From Bilabrum cf. latius (lineage: Eukaryota), in assembly GCA_965178125.1 (NCBI GenBank), contig OZ237736.1:930001-994000 (forward strand): DNA of 64,000 nucleotides, given 5' to 3'. Shown here in pieces: positions 11,725 to 23,712 of the stretch. Both the position numbers and the translations under genes were made by a program. Position 1 is the first letter of the stretch; every line of letters starts with the position of its first letter. The notes under the pieces are model-generated. The model had not been told where the DNA came from. It did not search any database and saw only the letters and a list, made by a program, of their open reading frames with translations.

Positions 11725-13506
11725 ATGTCAATGAAAAGGCAAATGGAAGTCATGACAAAAGTCCGGTAGGATGCTGAAGATTTGTCGGGGTTCATGCGAG
11801 ACTTGGAGCAGTGGCACAAAAAGGTTCGAAAACAGGATGATGCTCTCAGGCAATCAACCAGGACCAAGATGCCAATTCGCACTAAGATCAGTAAATCAAA
11901 CGTGCGCTAGCTAGATGTGTCGCCCCTTCAGCCATCGGAGGGCACCGCTGCTGACCACACGCACCAGAAGTATAGCAAGTGGGAAAGGTTCGACCCGGTA
12001 AGTTCGGATGAGCAGCCGAAATGCCTGCAATCGCTACAAAGTTGATACGTCCAGCACTCTTTGTATCATTAAGCGCCGTCGCAGGAGACAGCTGAATCAG
12101 AGTCTAGGGAGGTCTTCAACACGACCGCTGCCGGTGCTGCTCCTGCCAGACTGACGCCAGCCTCAATAGCATACCTTCCTCCGGAAGCAGTAGGATCTAT
12201 TCCGAAACCCAGCGATAGCACATCTAAAGCAACGATACGATCTGGGGCGTCTAACCCCGTACTGGACCAGGCAGAGATCGAGCGGGAGCGCGGCAACGAG
12301 AGCTTCAGGAAAGGCCAGTTTGATTCCGCCTTGCGAGCGTATTCGAGGGCAATCGGGATGAATCCACTTGACTTTAGGGCATTGAGCAATCGATCCATGG
12401 CTCATTTGAAGCTCAAGAACACACAGGCAGCAGAAGACGATGCCACTGCTGCACTCGCGATCGACAGCACCCACGTCAAGTCGCTCTACCGCAGGGGGGT
12501 CGCCCGAGTAGCACTTGGTCGACTGCGGGACGCAATTGTAGACTTTTAGGACGCGCTACGTCTAGATCCCGCCAACAAGCCAGCAAAGGCGGAGCTCAAC
12601 AAGTGTATCGAGCAGCGGAGGACCGCCGTGAGACGAGCACCGAAGCAACTGCTCGCCGGCGGCACAATCGCTCTGGACGCGTTCACACAGGCAGGTACCG
12701 CCAACTCTGCCAAGGAGGAATATGATCCCGCAATGTCCTCCCAAGAGGTTCCGCATACCTCGGAGGCACGAATCGCAGCTACTGCCTCGGAACCAGCTGA
12801 GCCGCAACAGCCGACTGAGCGAGCAAGCAGTGCGGTGCAATTGCCCGGTTCCTTAGCCAGCGAAGCAGGTGCTATAAGTAGCAAACGTAGAGCGCTTGCC
12901 CGCGACACAGACCAAAGGCCACCGCCCGCCGTAGCTTCCAGCAGCAGATCCAGCCCTCCTGTGTCACCACATGCGAAGCGGGCATTGCCTTCAACGGCTA
13001 CTACATTTGAGACGCTGTGGCGATCAATTGAAGACGAAGCCAGAGGGGCAGTGGGTGCAGCTGGGGATGCTTCGAAGATATCCGGCTCTGCAGCAGCTGG
13101 AGGTGCATCCGATGCCTCGGCCGCAGATAGCGTGCGAGGGTAGCGGCAGGCGCTCTTGCTTCGACTGGGCCCAAAGAAGTTCGGAAGATTGTATTCGGCC
13201 GTCGCCCCGGAGGCGGGTTTGCTCGGTGCAGTTGCATGCTGCGCGTTTCAGGCAGTTTAGGTGCTGCTGCGGACTTCTGGAGGAGACAAAGCAGCACAAA
13301 GGATGTCGCAGTGGCTTGGAGTGCTTGCGTCGCTGCCTAATAGATCGACCATATCGATGATGATGCCTACTGAGCTTAAGGCTGCAATGAAGTAGGGCAT
13401 AGTGCGCGCTAGAGACGAGATTGTGCCGAGAGCTACCACAGGTGCAACTGCAACCAAGCTAGGCAAGGCTTGTGAGGCGTTCATCCAGGTTTTCTCACTC
13501 GATTGA
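11725..13506 (+). CDS. RPAP3: RPAP3/Tah1-like TPR co-chaperone
   Basis: N-terminal VR*DAEDLSGFMRDLEQW matches RPAP3 VKQNAEELQDFMRDLENW. TPR motifs ERERGNESFRKG..SNRSMAHLKL..KSLYRRG, and an RPAP3_C-like tail. Intron 11998-12084, 6 TAGs, TGA stop. Confidence 0.85.
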
Positions 13507-13649
13507 TGAAGGACTCGATCATGGAGCTTGCATTCCTCCAGTCTTTGGACTATTCCATCCGAATGTTTTGAACTCATCAAGGTGATGTGGAGGAGCAATC
13601 TAACTACAGGTGGGGATAAAGCATACACATTATTTCGCTTCCAAGACAA

Positions 13650-14785
13650 ATGTCGCGCGATATGTTCTTGTCTTTGAATCTATCAGTAGTTGCTTGCCGC
13701 CACCCTGAGACAGGAAAGCTTCTATGCGTGAAAGAAAGAGGGAAACGCGGTGAGAACGTTAACATGCAAGATCCGCCGGAACGAACTGCTTGCATCGTTC
13801 CACAGTTCAGCTTCCATATCGCTATTTATTAGCCCTGGTTTGCCAGTTTGCTACAAGTGCAGGCTGGTGGCTGCCAGCAGGGGCAGTGGATGCCGGCGAG
13901 AAGTTCGAGCAGGCGGCAATTCGCGAGTGTTACGAGGAAGCTGGTCTCACACCGAGGCTGTGCGGGCTGCTGAGATGCGAGCACTCTGTGCAATCCAAAG
14001 GGGAGGGCCGATCACCATCCATGCAGCGAATGCGGACAGTATTCTTCGCGGAGCCTCAGACCGGTTCGACGGGCGCGTTCCTGGACACAGTTAAGCAAGA
14101 AGCTGATAGCGAATCCCAAGGCGCCGCGTGGATGTCTACTCGATAGATCGCAGCATCTGCAGCGATAGGTGCTGGACATGATCCCTTTGTCGTGGATGTT
14201 TATGAGCGCCTGTGCAAGGCGAGAGGGGCACTGACCTCAATACTATCATCTTCTACGGCTCCAAGCTCTGCCAGCAGGAAAATGAAGAGATACGACTACA
14301 TCCTCTAGCACACGTTTCAAGATTTTCCACGCAGAAAAGAAAGCGAGTTTGGACGCCGTGCCAAGTCGTTCGAGTACGCCAAACAGGTCATGGCGTGGGG
14401 CGAGGCCATCGCAGCAGAGCCAGGGTGCCCCCTTACTAGCTTCGGAGAGCACATCTACCTTCGCGGGAGCGAGCCACTCGACTGGGCTATATACTTGGAC
14501 TGCGGCGGTTTCATCGGACCGCTCAGCATGATGCAATCCGAGGGTACCCCGGTAGACGTCGTAGCAGAATATAACCCATTCCAGCTGCCTCTGTCGAGTG
14601 CAGACCCAGGAGTTGCTAGCGGTGGTGCAGAGGCGGCAGGGAAGACTGTTAGGGCGGGGTCTTCTGGTCCAGTTCCAGCAGGAGCAGCAACCGGAGGAGC
14701 CGCCGCGGAGGCAAGCAGACTTTCAGCCCCTGCGGTGGCTAAGTCGGATTCGAGTGGGACTGAGGGGCCTGTGGAGGAGTTGTGA
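13650..14785 (+). CDS. Nudix hydrolase (NUDT18-like)
   Basis: Nudix box GAVDAGEKFEQAAIRECYEEAG and C-terminal LRGSEPLDWAIYL. Intron 13750-13862, 2 TAGs, TGA stop. Confidence 0.85.
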
Positions 14786-14943
14786 TCACGTTTTTAAGTT
14801 TATTTGGCTCAAAATCTCTTGGCTTGGCCTTCCAGTGAAATTCTTAGCTCAAAGTCAATCAGTGTGCCGTGGTATGATGTGTATTTAGCCCAGATCATCG
14901 CAAGCGACTGCACGATTCAGCTGCATGCATCAATCGCAGTCCG

Positions 14944-17900
14944 TCACAGTGTCCCGTTCAGGATGGCTCGCACTGTCGCATCAGCAGCCTGAGCCTCCGC
15001 CTCAGAGTAGTCGTGCTCGTCTCCAGTTCCCTCTGCCCACCAACGCTTGAGGTTCTGCTGGGTCTCTGAAGGGAGTTGCTTGAAGTTCAGTGGTGCTGGT
15101 TGTTTGTCCCGGCTGCCTCTGCCCCCGGCAGACCCGCTTCCAGCCCCGCTTGCCGGCCCGTCTGGGATTTCCGACACACTTGCAACATGTGCAGCCCCGT
15201 TGCTCCTGGCCTAGAGACCAGCTCGTACCCATGTCCAATGTCCAGATCCCCACGCCTTCAGAGGCTCCTGCTCCTTACCTTCGGAACTCTTGGATACTGC
15301 GTCTGCGATCTCGGGCATGATCGCACCCGCTTCAGAGCTAGGCAGCAAGATGCCCCAACCCCTCCTAGCCCCGTTCCTGGCCAGCTCGCCTAGATGGCTC
15401 GGCAACTGCATGTTGCACACTGGACAAGAGCCTTTCATTAGCAACCATGGATCCACGCATCGGGAATGCAAGTTGTGGCCGCAAGGCAACGAGCGGCACA
15501 CGTGGTTCGGCAGCTAGGCCTCCATGCACACCGCACAGCTGGGCCCGTCTTCATCCTCGTCGTCCGATTCGTCTTCAATACCTGGCGGTACGCCCTGGCT
15601 GTGCCCATGACTGTCGCAAGATTCTCCCACTGGTGGCGGCTGGGCCGTGCCCTGTGCCTTGGATGGATCTGCTGCAAGCGATTCCGATTTCGACCCCTCC
15701 GCTGTTGTCTAGTCCTGGTCAAGAGGATGAGCCTGATATCGCAGTCGACCCCCCTTGGACCTGCACGGGCGGCGCCACAGAGGCAGCGCATCCACCACAC
15801 CGGGCTCTGCACCGTTCGAGTACGAGTGCTGGAACACGGTCCCGGTCAGCGACGATGAGTGTACCAGAGCCTGCAGCAGGCCAGCGCCCTGCGCGCCTTC
15901 CTCCAAGCCACCGAACCCGCCCGCATCAACACCGTTTGATTCACTATCATTAACGCCCTCGCCGCCCTCGCTCTCTCCTTTTGGATCTGCAGTAGCCCCG
16001 CCTGCCCCAGACCCGCTACCTGTGCCCGCCTCCTGGCCCGAGCCCTCGCGCTCTGCCCGAGTTCGAAACCCGCTGCGGCGCGGCGCATGCGTCGCTAGCG
16101 CGCTGGCTTCTACCTCAGCACCATAGCCGTTCTCCTCTCGCATTGCTTGCCTCCTTGCGGCGGTGTCTCGCGTGCAACGGTCGCCAATGCGCTGCATGAG
16201 CCTTTGCGAGTCCACGCCGTCTTCTTCGTCGATCTGTGCCTGCAGAGCAGCGGCGAAAGCAGCGTCCTCATCTTCTTGCTGCTTAGCCTTGAGTTCGGCT
16301 TCAGACTGCTGTTCTGATTCAGCTGCACCACTTGCTTCTTCTACTTGCGGAGATGCTGGATCATCTTTGATTCTCTCTGCTGAAGCCCGAGCAGCTGGCC
16401 TCCCTTCAGCTACAGTTCGGATTCCAACGCTTCTGCGGTGACTGCCATGGGATTTCTTCTTTGGCTTATCTCGCGGGCGCCTGGATTCGATCACAGACAC
16501 AGCCTGTGCCACCATCTCGAGAGAGCCGCCTGACCTGGCCATCTGTCGTAGGACGCGGCGGATGAGCCCCCGTGGGACTCTGAAGAAGCTCTGCTTGAGG
16601 TTATCCACCACCTAGTCCTCTCTCTGCCGCCTCTGTGCCCTGGCTCTAACTAGCATACTCACACCCGCCCCAGAAGCTGCAGAGTCCTCTGCATTGCCTG
16701 CCAGAGGGTGCCAAGCGTCCTCGGCCTCTACGTCCATCTCGTCTGATCCTGGTGCAGCTCTCAGCGTTCCGTCAAGGCCATCGTCCTCCCCAGATGCGGA
16801 TCCACGCCGCCACGGTCTCATTATCGTGTCCATGTCGACTCCAAGGGCACACAAGATATCAGTGGCTGAGCTTGCATCACAACCCCTGGCATCCACCGGC
16901 AAGTGCGCGGCCAAGGCAGCTCTCAGGCCTCCCACTGGCCACTCTGGGCACCCGACCGAAGTGCTAATTGCATGCGACACGGTCGACATTGCAGCACTTG
17001 AGCCCAATGCTTGTTTCTAACAAAGATCCTCTTCGTCCCCAGCTGGTACCTCGAGGTGGCCCGCGTGCTCCCACCACCACCGGCCTGCACCGCTCACGTC
17101 CCACCCACCCTTCAGCTGCCACCCCTTGTTGTTGCAATGCGATGGAGTATCAACCGCAAGTTTCTGGGCAGATGCAAGCTAGCCCGTGACATCTGCAGGG
17201 TGAGTCGTGCCGCTCGCGAGCCCAATAGCTGGTGCATCGAGCGGTATGCGAGCACCGCATGCGTGGCACGACTGGCACATGCCCTGCGCTCCTCTAGAAC
17301 TAGTGCCCAACCTCCCTGCCACCCAGACATGCGCCAAACCATTAGTTGACGCGTCGCCTGCGCCTCCAAATTCACTATTAAGAGCTATTGATGCCACTGC
17401 ATCCGCGCGATTGGCAGGCGGGCGGCAAGACGATAGTGCCATGTCCGCAACTTGGCCAGCTCCCATTGCGCGCCCTTGACCAGCCTTGTGGAGTAAGTCT
17501 GCCTTGACGGTGCTCGACCACGCTTCTTCATCGGGTACGGGCATCGCTGGAGGCTACACCTTGACAGTCGCCGTGACGCCGCCTTTAACGCAGATACTGT
17601 CACGTTGCACTGCAAGTGCTTCCCTGCTATCGTCACCGTGAACTGTCGATGGTACTGCCAAACTGTGGCTCGCAATGCCGAATGCCTTCTCTATGCTCTC
17701 AATGCCCAGCTGTACCTTAGAATGTGTATCAATGCCATCACCGGCACATCCTCTCTTGGTCTTGTCTCGACTGCTTGCTTGCAACCTCGACGATAGGCTG
17801 CTAGGACCCTTGTTCTGGTGCGAATCGCTGTCTTCGTCTGTTGACTGGAAATTGCAAAGATGCTGCTCAAGTATCTCAGTCATCGCCGAACAATCGGGAT

Positions 17901-20900
17901 CTGGGCAAGCGACCAAGCAGGCTCCGGCGCAAGTGGCTGACGGAAGCCTGAGTGATTGAGGGTCGAGCGATGAAAGCACCGCCCCAGCCGCTTCCCGCTG
18001 TTGCTGAAGAGCATCGAGGGCAGAAGACACAGTGCGTTTACAGTCATCGACGACTCTTTCCACTGACTGAAGCACGCTCAAGATGTTGCGGAGATGCGCG
18101 ATACCTGCCGATGCAGCTTCGACGGCAGACTCTGCGAACCCAGACGGTAGCTGCCTGGAGTGGTCTAGGTCTAATTCCCATCGCACAATCGCCACTTGCA
18201 ACATACTAACGCTTCTATCCAATCCTTTGCCACCTGAGCAGGCGATCATGACGGAGTTGCCAAAGGAAGACATGTCAGGAATGGCTGCTGTTCCTGCCCA
18301 AGCTCTCGCTAGGCATGCCGCTGAAGCTGCTAGGCCGGGGCTCGCCATCATTCGCATCGAGGTAGGATCCAGGCACTGGGCAGCTGCTGCCCGCTCCACC
18401 CCGCCAAACATAGCAAGCCTTTTGGCCCATTTTGCCAGCGGCACACGGGACACTGCAATGGTGAGCCTGAAATCCGGGGGGAATCTGTCGTCGGCTGGAT
18501 GGATCCCTAGCGAAGCCCCAGTGAAGGTGACAAGCACCGCGCTCGGGTCATTGGGGTCTCTCGTCGATGTGCTGCCGCTGCACGCTCCCGACAGGATCGC
18601 CTCTGGCACAAAGTCAAAGGAAAGCACCCGAGCCCTGCTCTGCTGCCCCCTCTGCAAGTGCATGTGGGCAGAGTCTCTAGCATGCCCGCCACCACCTGAC
18701 CTGGCCTCCCTCGCATCTGCAGGCACTTCAGAGTCAGGCACCGCTCCTGATTCGATTTCATGGCGGAGGGGCGGCTTCAGCACAACCTCTTCGTCGTCTG
18801 CCCCCAGTTCGTCGTACTCGTCACCTCGCAAACCGTGCCCCACGTCGTACCCCCGACGATGCAGACTGCCTGGCTCGTCCCCTCCCCGGAGCACCTCTGC
18901 CTTGGCGGGGGGTTCTTGCCAGCAGTGGTAGAGGGTGATCGTGATGGTGTTAGGCACTGGCACGGTGGGGCCGCCTTCGCCAGCCACTTGCACCCGGCGT
19001 GGAGGAGGTACCACCACGCCAAGAGGAATGAGGGCACGCTCGAGACCTGCGGGGAACTCTGCCCCGCCGCTTGACTCGGCTGACCCAATGACTCGAAGCA
19101 GCGTCGTGGCCCCACCCGAGTTACCGTCGGCTCCATCACTCGAGACAAGTACAGCCGGTCTCAGGCCCAGCGGGTGGGATTCGCCGACTGAGCACCGTTC
19201 TAGGCTTCGCTAGCCTGCACGGCTCAGCTTCGGGCGGCACGCGGTTGCAACAGGCCGTGCAAGCGGGAGAGCAGGTACGGGTCCAACACTAGCCCACAGC
19301 ACGCAAGCAGGGGGCTTACTTGCATCGATATCGTCATCGCTATCTTCATCACTTCCATCGCTAGATCCTTCCAATATCTCGACTGTGGGGCGATCACCAA
19401 CTTCACCAGGCGAAGCAGCATCAGCAGACGTAGTGGCAGCAGCGGCCTCAAAACTGCCATTGGCTGCGTCTGACTTCACATTCGTTCGATCACCACCGTG
19501 GCTGCTTGCACCGGAACCAAGACTGGGCTCACGCGCGGCGGCGCCTAGCAGATACCAGATAAGAATCGGGACTGCTGCAATGTTAGATCGAACCTGAGGC
19601 CCGAATGGCGAGGCTTGACTAGCAAGGGCACGCGCTAGACGCATATGCATGCTTTGCCCGTCTGTACCCCTGAGTACAGACTCAGCGAGCGAGGTGGCGA
19701 TGGATAAGTTTCGTGCCGTCCGGAGGACCATGGGCGGCAAGATAGGCGCGAGGGCAAGTCGCATAAGGGTGCTGTTCGCTAGGACTTGCCTTCCGTGCGC
19801 ATGCGACTGCGAAGCGGACTTGCCAGCTCCTCTTCCGTCTGTTGACGCCCCGCTCGCTGACTCGTCTCGCGCTTGATCGTCACCCGCATCGGCCGCAGCT
19901 TGATCGTGGTCTCCAGAAGGCCCATTGGACGAACCTAGTAGGTATTGGAGCACCCCCGACAGCTGACCAGATTCACCGCCAGCACCAGATTCCCCACTGC
20001 CAATCACTGCAGCGGACGGGGCCGCAGAAGGGAAAGCCGACAGCATGCTGGGTGACGCGAGACACAGCGGGCCGCAGCTCGGCGACGGCCCCCGTAGGTC
20101 TGCGCCAAGACTTGTCGGCACGCCCACCCCAGCGATGGCATGAATTGGTGCCATCCACCCCCCTACAGTACCTGCAGTGCTCATCAGCTGCTCCACATGG
20201 CTGTATAGCCCAAGTGGAGGAACTGTTGTTGATCGCGGCCACCTACCGCACAGTGCCAGTGAAAAGGCTAGATGAGCGTCCGGAGACACGGCATCAACGT
20301 CTGCAGATTCCATAAGAGCATTCCAAAATGCTGATCGATCCAACTCGTGGCTTTTTCGTCGATCGGCATCTGACTGAACCGACCCTACTTCAGCTTGGCC
20401 CACTTCTTCGGATTGGTGCCCACCCGACTGCCCACCACTAACAGAAAGCGAGTCAGCTTGCTCAGCACCGATACGCAGCTGCACCCGAGTAGGGAGCCCA
20501 CCTCGATTCGGCCACCCGCCCGCAAGCAGCAAGTCAATAGCTGCGTCAATGTCGTCTGGTATGGGCCGGCCCATGTCCTCAGCAGGCGGGCCTCCTTCCG
20601 CGGCATTGGCCCTATACTGAGCGAGACACTGCATCCATAAACCAGCAGCCCACGCAGTAGACATCATTTGCCGACTCTGCGGTGCAAGGACTGCAGCCTG
20701 CGATCTGCTACTTTCTTGCGGAGCGGCTTCAGTGCCCAAAGCGGGGGCCCTCGGCGGCCTGGCAGCTAGCACGCCGGGTGGTAGTAGGGGCGAGCAATGC
20801 AGAGCCCAGTCTAGAGGCGAGTGGCCCGCGACAGAGTCTCGATGGGTCTGCCTACGTGGTGGTGGCCAGGGCGCACAGTCAGGGATAATCGAAGCGCCAA

Positions 20901-23001
20901 GCGCCCGACCAAGAGAGCCTCCCTGCATTTTGTCCGACTCGTCGTCGACTCTACAAGAATCACGTGCCGTTGCAGCAGTAAGCGATTGCTGCAGCAGCTA
21001 TCCAGGCTCTGGCAGCTCAATGGATTGCATCCATTTCGGCACTTGGCTGCACATGAGCCGGACCGCCTCAGATGACTCTGACCTCGCCTCTCCCTCGCCC
21101 ACGATGGACACGACGCGCTGCCTCTTTGGCCTTGCCTTCTCCCCGGAGCTCGCAAGCAAAAAAGCAACGAGCTTGCTCGCAGCAGCTGCAGAGACGGCCA
21201 GATGCTCCCTTGGTTCGAAGGCTTGCTTGGCCTGTGCAACGCGCCGCTTCCTGCTGGACGCCCGGCCAGCCGCTGAGGTGGCTCTGCTCGCCTGCTACTT
21301 CCATAGGGCGCTAGGATCGTAGGTGCCGCCACCCTTGGCCTTTGTTTCAGCCGATGGCAGGTCAGAATAATCCAAGGCAGCTCGGACCATGAGATCGACA
21401 ATGGCGGGTTCCTGAAAGCTGGCCTCAACGTTGCTATCCTGCCAGCCCGGCGTCTCCAGTAGAGCAACCGCGTCCGAAGGACCGCACATGACCCTCGCTG
21501 CCCATTCAATGTCGTCCAATGTAGACTCCTCCTGTCTCGCAGCGCAGCCAACAGTAGCACCAGCGTCCGCCCCTCGCGAGAGCCATGGCACACGGGCCCC
21601 GGCCACCGCGCTGGCTCGCAGGCTCTGCCTCGCGACAGACCCGAGCGACTTCGCCATGGAGACGCGCATGCACCTTCTCGACACCCGAAGGAGCCCGGCC
21701 GCAAAGGCAACGCTGTGGCTTACGGAGGGCGACAGAAGCAGTGTCACCCCCAAATACAAGCTACCCCCTGACTCTTCACACATGTGCTAAGTGTGGGCGC
21801 CCCACACAGCAAGACGACGGGCATACGACGAGACTGCAGCCAGGATCAGACCAGCCGAGGGCGGCAGAGCTGTGTCTGCGTCTCCGCTTCCCAGTTCATC
21901 TACGACACCAGATATAGGGTCCTATGGGTGGGGAGCTGAGGCCGACTTGTCGCTCCCCGCAGCAGTGGATTGCTCGCTCCGTCCTGTGGCACCAGAAGCA
22001 GCAGCCGCCGCGACCGGAAAGTCACGTGACGATTGTACCGCTTCTGATCTCACCGCGTCGAGCGGTCCCTCGAGAGGAGATGCACCGCTTGCGCTTCTAC
22101 ACCGTGCAGCATACCCGCAATCAAGCACTGACCACAGGGCCACTCTTCTTCCATGCGAACCGTCGCCCTGTCCCAACAAGCCCGATCCTCCACCTGCACC
22201 TGCACCTGCATGCCCTGCACCTGCTAGGGATCCACCCGATTTCTCCGAGCCGACAGAAGCGTCACTCTAGCTGCTTGTCCTGGTTTCGGCAACCCCACCC
22301 GTCCCTCCGTCACCGCTTGACGTGTGCTCCCTTGCAGCTGGTTGCGCAGATGCCCTGTGCGCGGCTAGGCGAGCGAGCCCAGTGAGCATCATCCAGAGCA
22401 CGCCCTCGGCTGCGGCCACGGCGCTACCCGCGCCCTTCTTGCCCCCGCTGCGTTTCATCCATTTCATGCTTCCAGCAACGGCGGGTGACCTTGGCGGAGT
22501 GGCCGGCGGTGGCTCGTCGATTGCAGACGCTGCGGCTGCGGCTTTCGATCTCAGCGGCACCGTTGATGTACCCCCGGCCTGGGCAGCAAGACTTGCACTT
22601 CCCCCCAAATCTGTTTTTCTCCATGCTTCTTTTGCTTCCAGACTGGTCTCAAGCTCCCTATAGCTTCCTGTCGGGTGTAAACTAGCACTAGCTGCTGCAA
22701 CCAGTAGCATGGATGCCTCTAGCGATGGAACTAGCATTCCCTAAGACACAAATCGCATCCCATGCTGCCTCGCTATATCGTATTCTTCCACTGATACTGT
22801 TCGAAGTGTCATGCTAGGATGTGATGCTAAGCTTTGTGCCGCTGACTCTGACGGCTTCGCTGACCGAACACCAGGTACGGCGCTGCTGCTTTGCCCAGCA
22901 GTGTCTGGCAGGCGACTTGCCCTCCTCACTCTTGGTCCAGAAGCTTTTGGCTTGCTAGCAACTGCAGGTTCGCCTGACATCCACGATAAAAGGGATGACA
23001 T
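14944..23001 (-). CDS. Giant (~2,685 aa) protein with C-terminal RING-H2 finger and possible CUE-like domain; putative E3 ligase
   Basis: Consecutive track ORFs from 22737 down to 15177 share one frame. The gaps were read and contain only TAG (about 14). RING motif CAVC..LPCGHNLHSRCVDPWL..CPVC. TGA stop at 14944. Confidence 0.8.
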
Positions 23002-23712
23002 GATGCCACGGCGCCCAACCGCAACTGGATCGTGGAGGTGACTGGACGCTCCTGAGAGGTGCTTTGGCGGGCCCCGGTGACAGCCAGGCAATACTTCGAT
23101 TGTTTTGAATCAAACTCTAAATGTCGGGCTGCTTCACACCGCACTGAATCAAATGCTATTGTTGCGTCACCCCTTGCGATAGCTTTTAGTCTTCATCTTC
23201 GATAATTGTGCCCCTGAAGCCAGCACGATAGTGATGGATTTGACTACGTAGGCCAAGGATCGAAGAATTTCCACATATTCGTGTCGGCACCACCCTCGGA
23301 AACTACTCTGGAGCTGGGCCTGCATGCTCACCAAGTACAATGCCCCCGTGGGCAGCCCAGCCCTGCAATCGTCGAGGTGGCTCCCTCTCCGGAGCCTCAC
23401 ACTCGATACCCTAATTAGGCACCCCTTCGGGGCCTGCTGCCCACGGCAATGTACCCTAGAATTTCACCGTGCGGGCTAAATGCAGCTGGCACTGCTCTCT
23501 AGCATTGGTGCTGTGTCCGACACCCCGGCGCCTGCCTGCAGATTCCTCAGCCCCAACCGCTACCGGTTGCACCACATCGCTGCCAGAATTGGGGGCAAAG
23601 AGACGGGACCTCTGTACATCATGAAATTACATCAATGAAACGTCCTAAGGATCAAGGATTAATTAAAAAACAGTGTGCCTATACATTCCAGTCAAAATGA
23701 CACCAGCACGTC

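Noticed and set aside
138-14785. DNA-repair gene cluster (XPC, RAD52, Nudix)
   Set aside because: The genes are interspersed with unrelated ones, and nothing argues against chance proximity.
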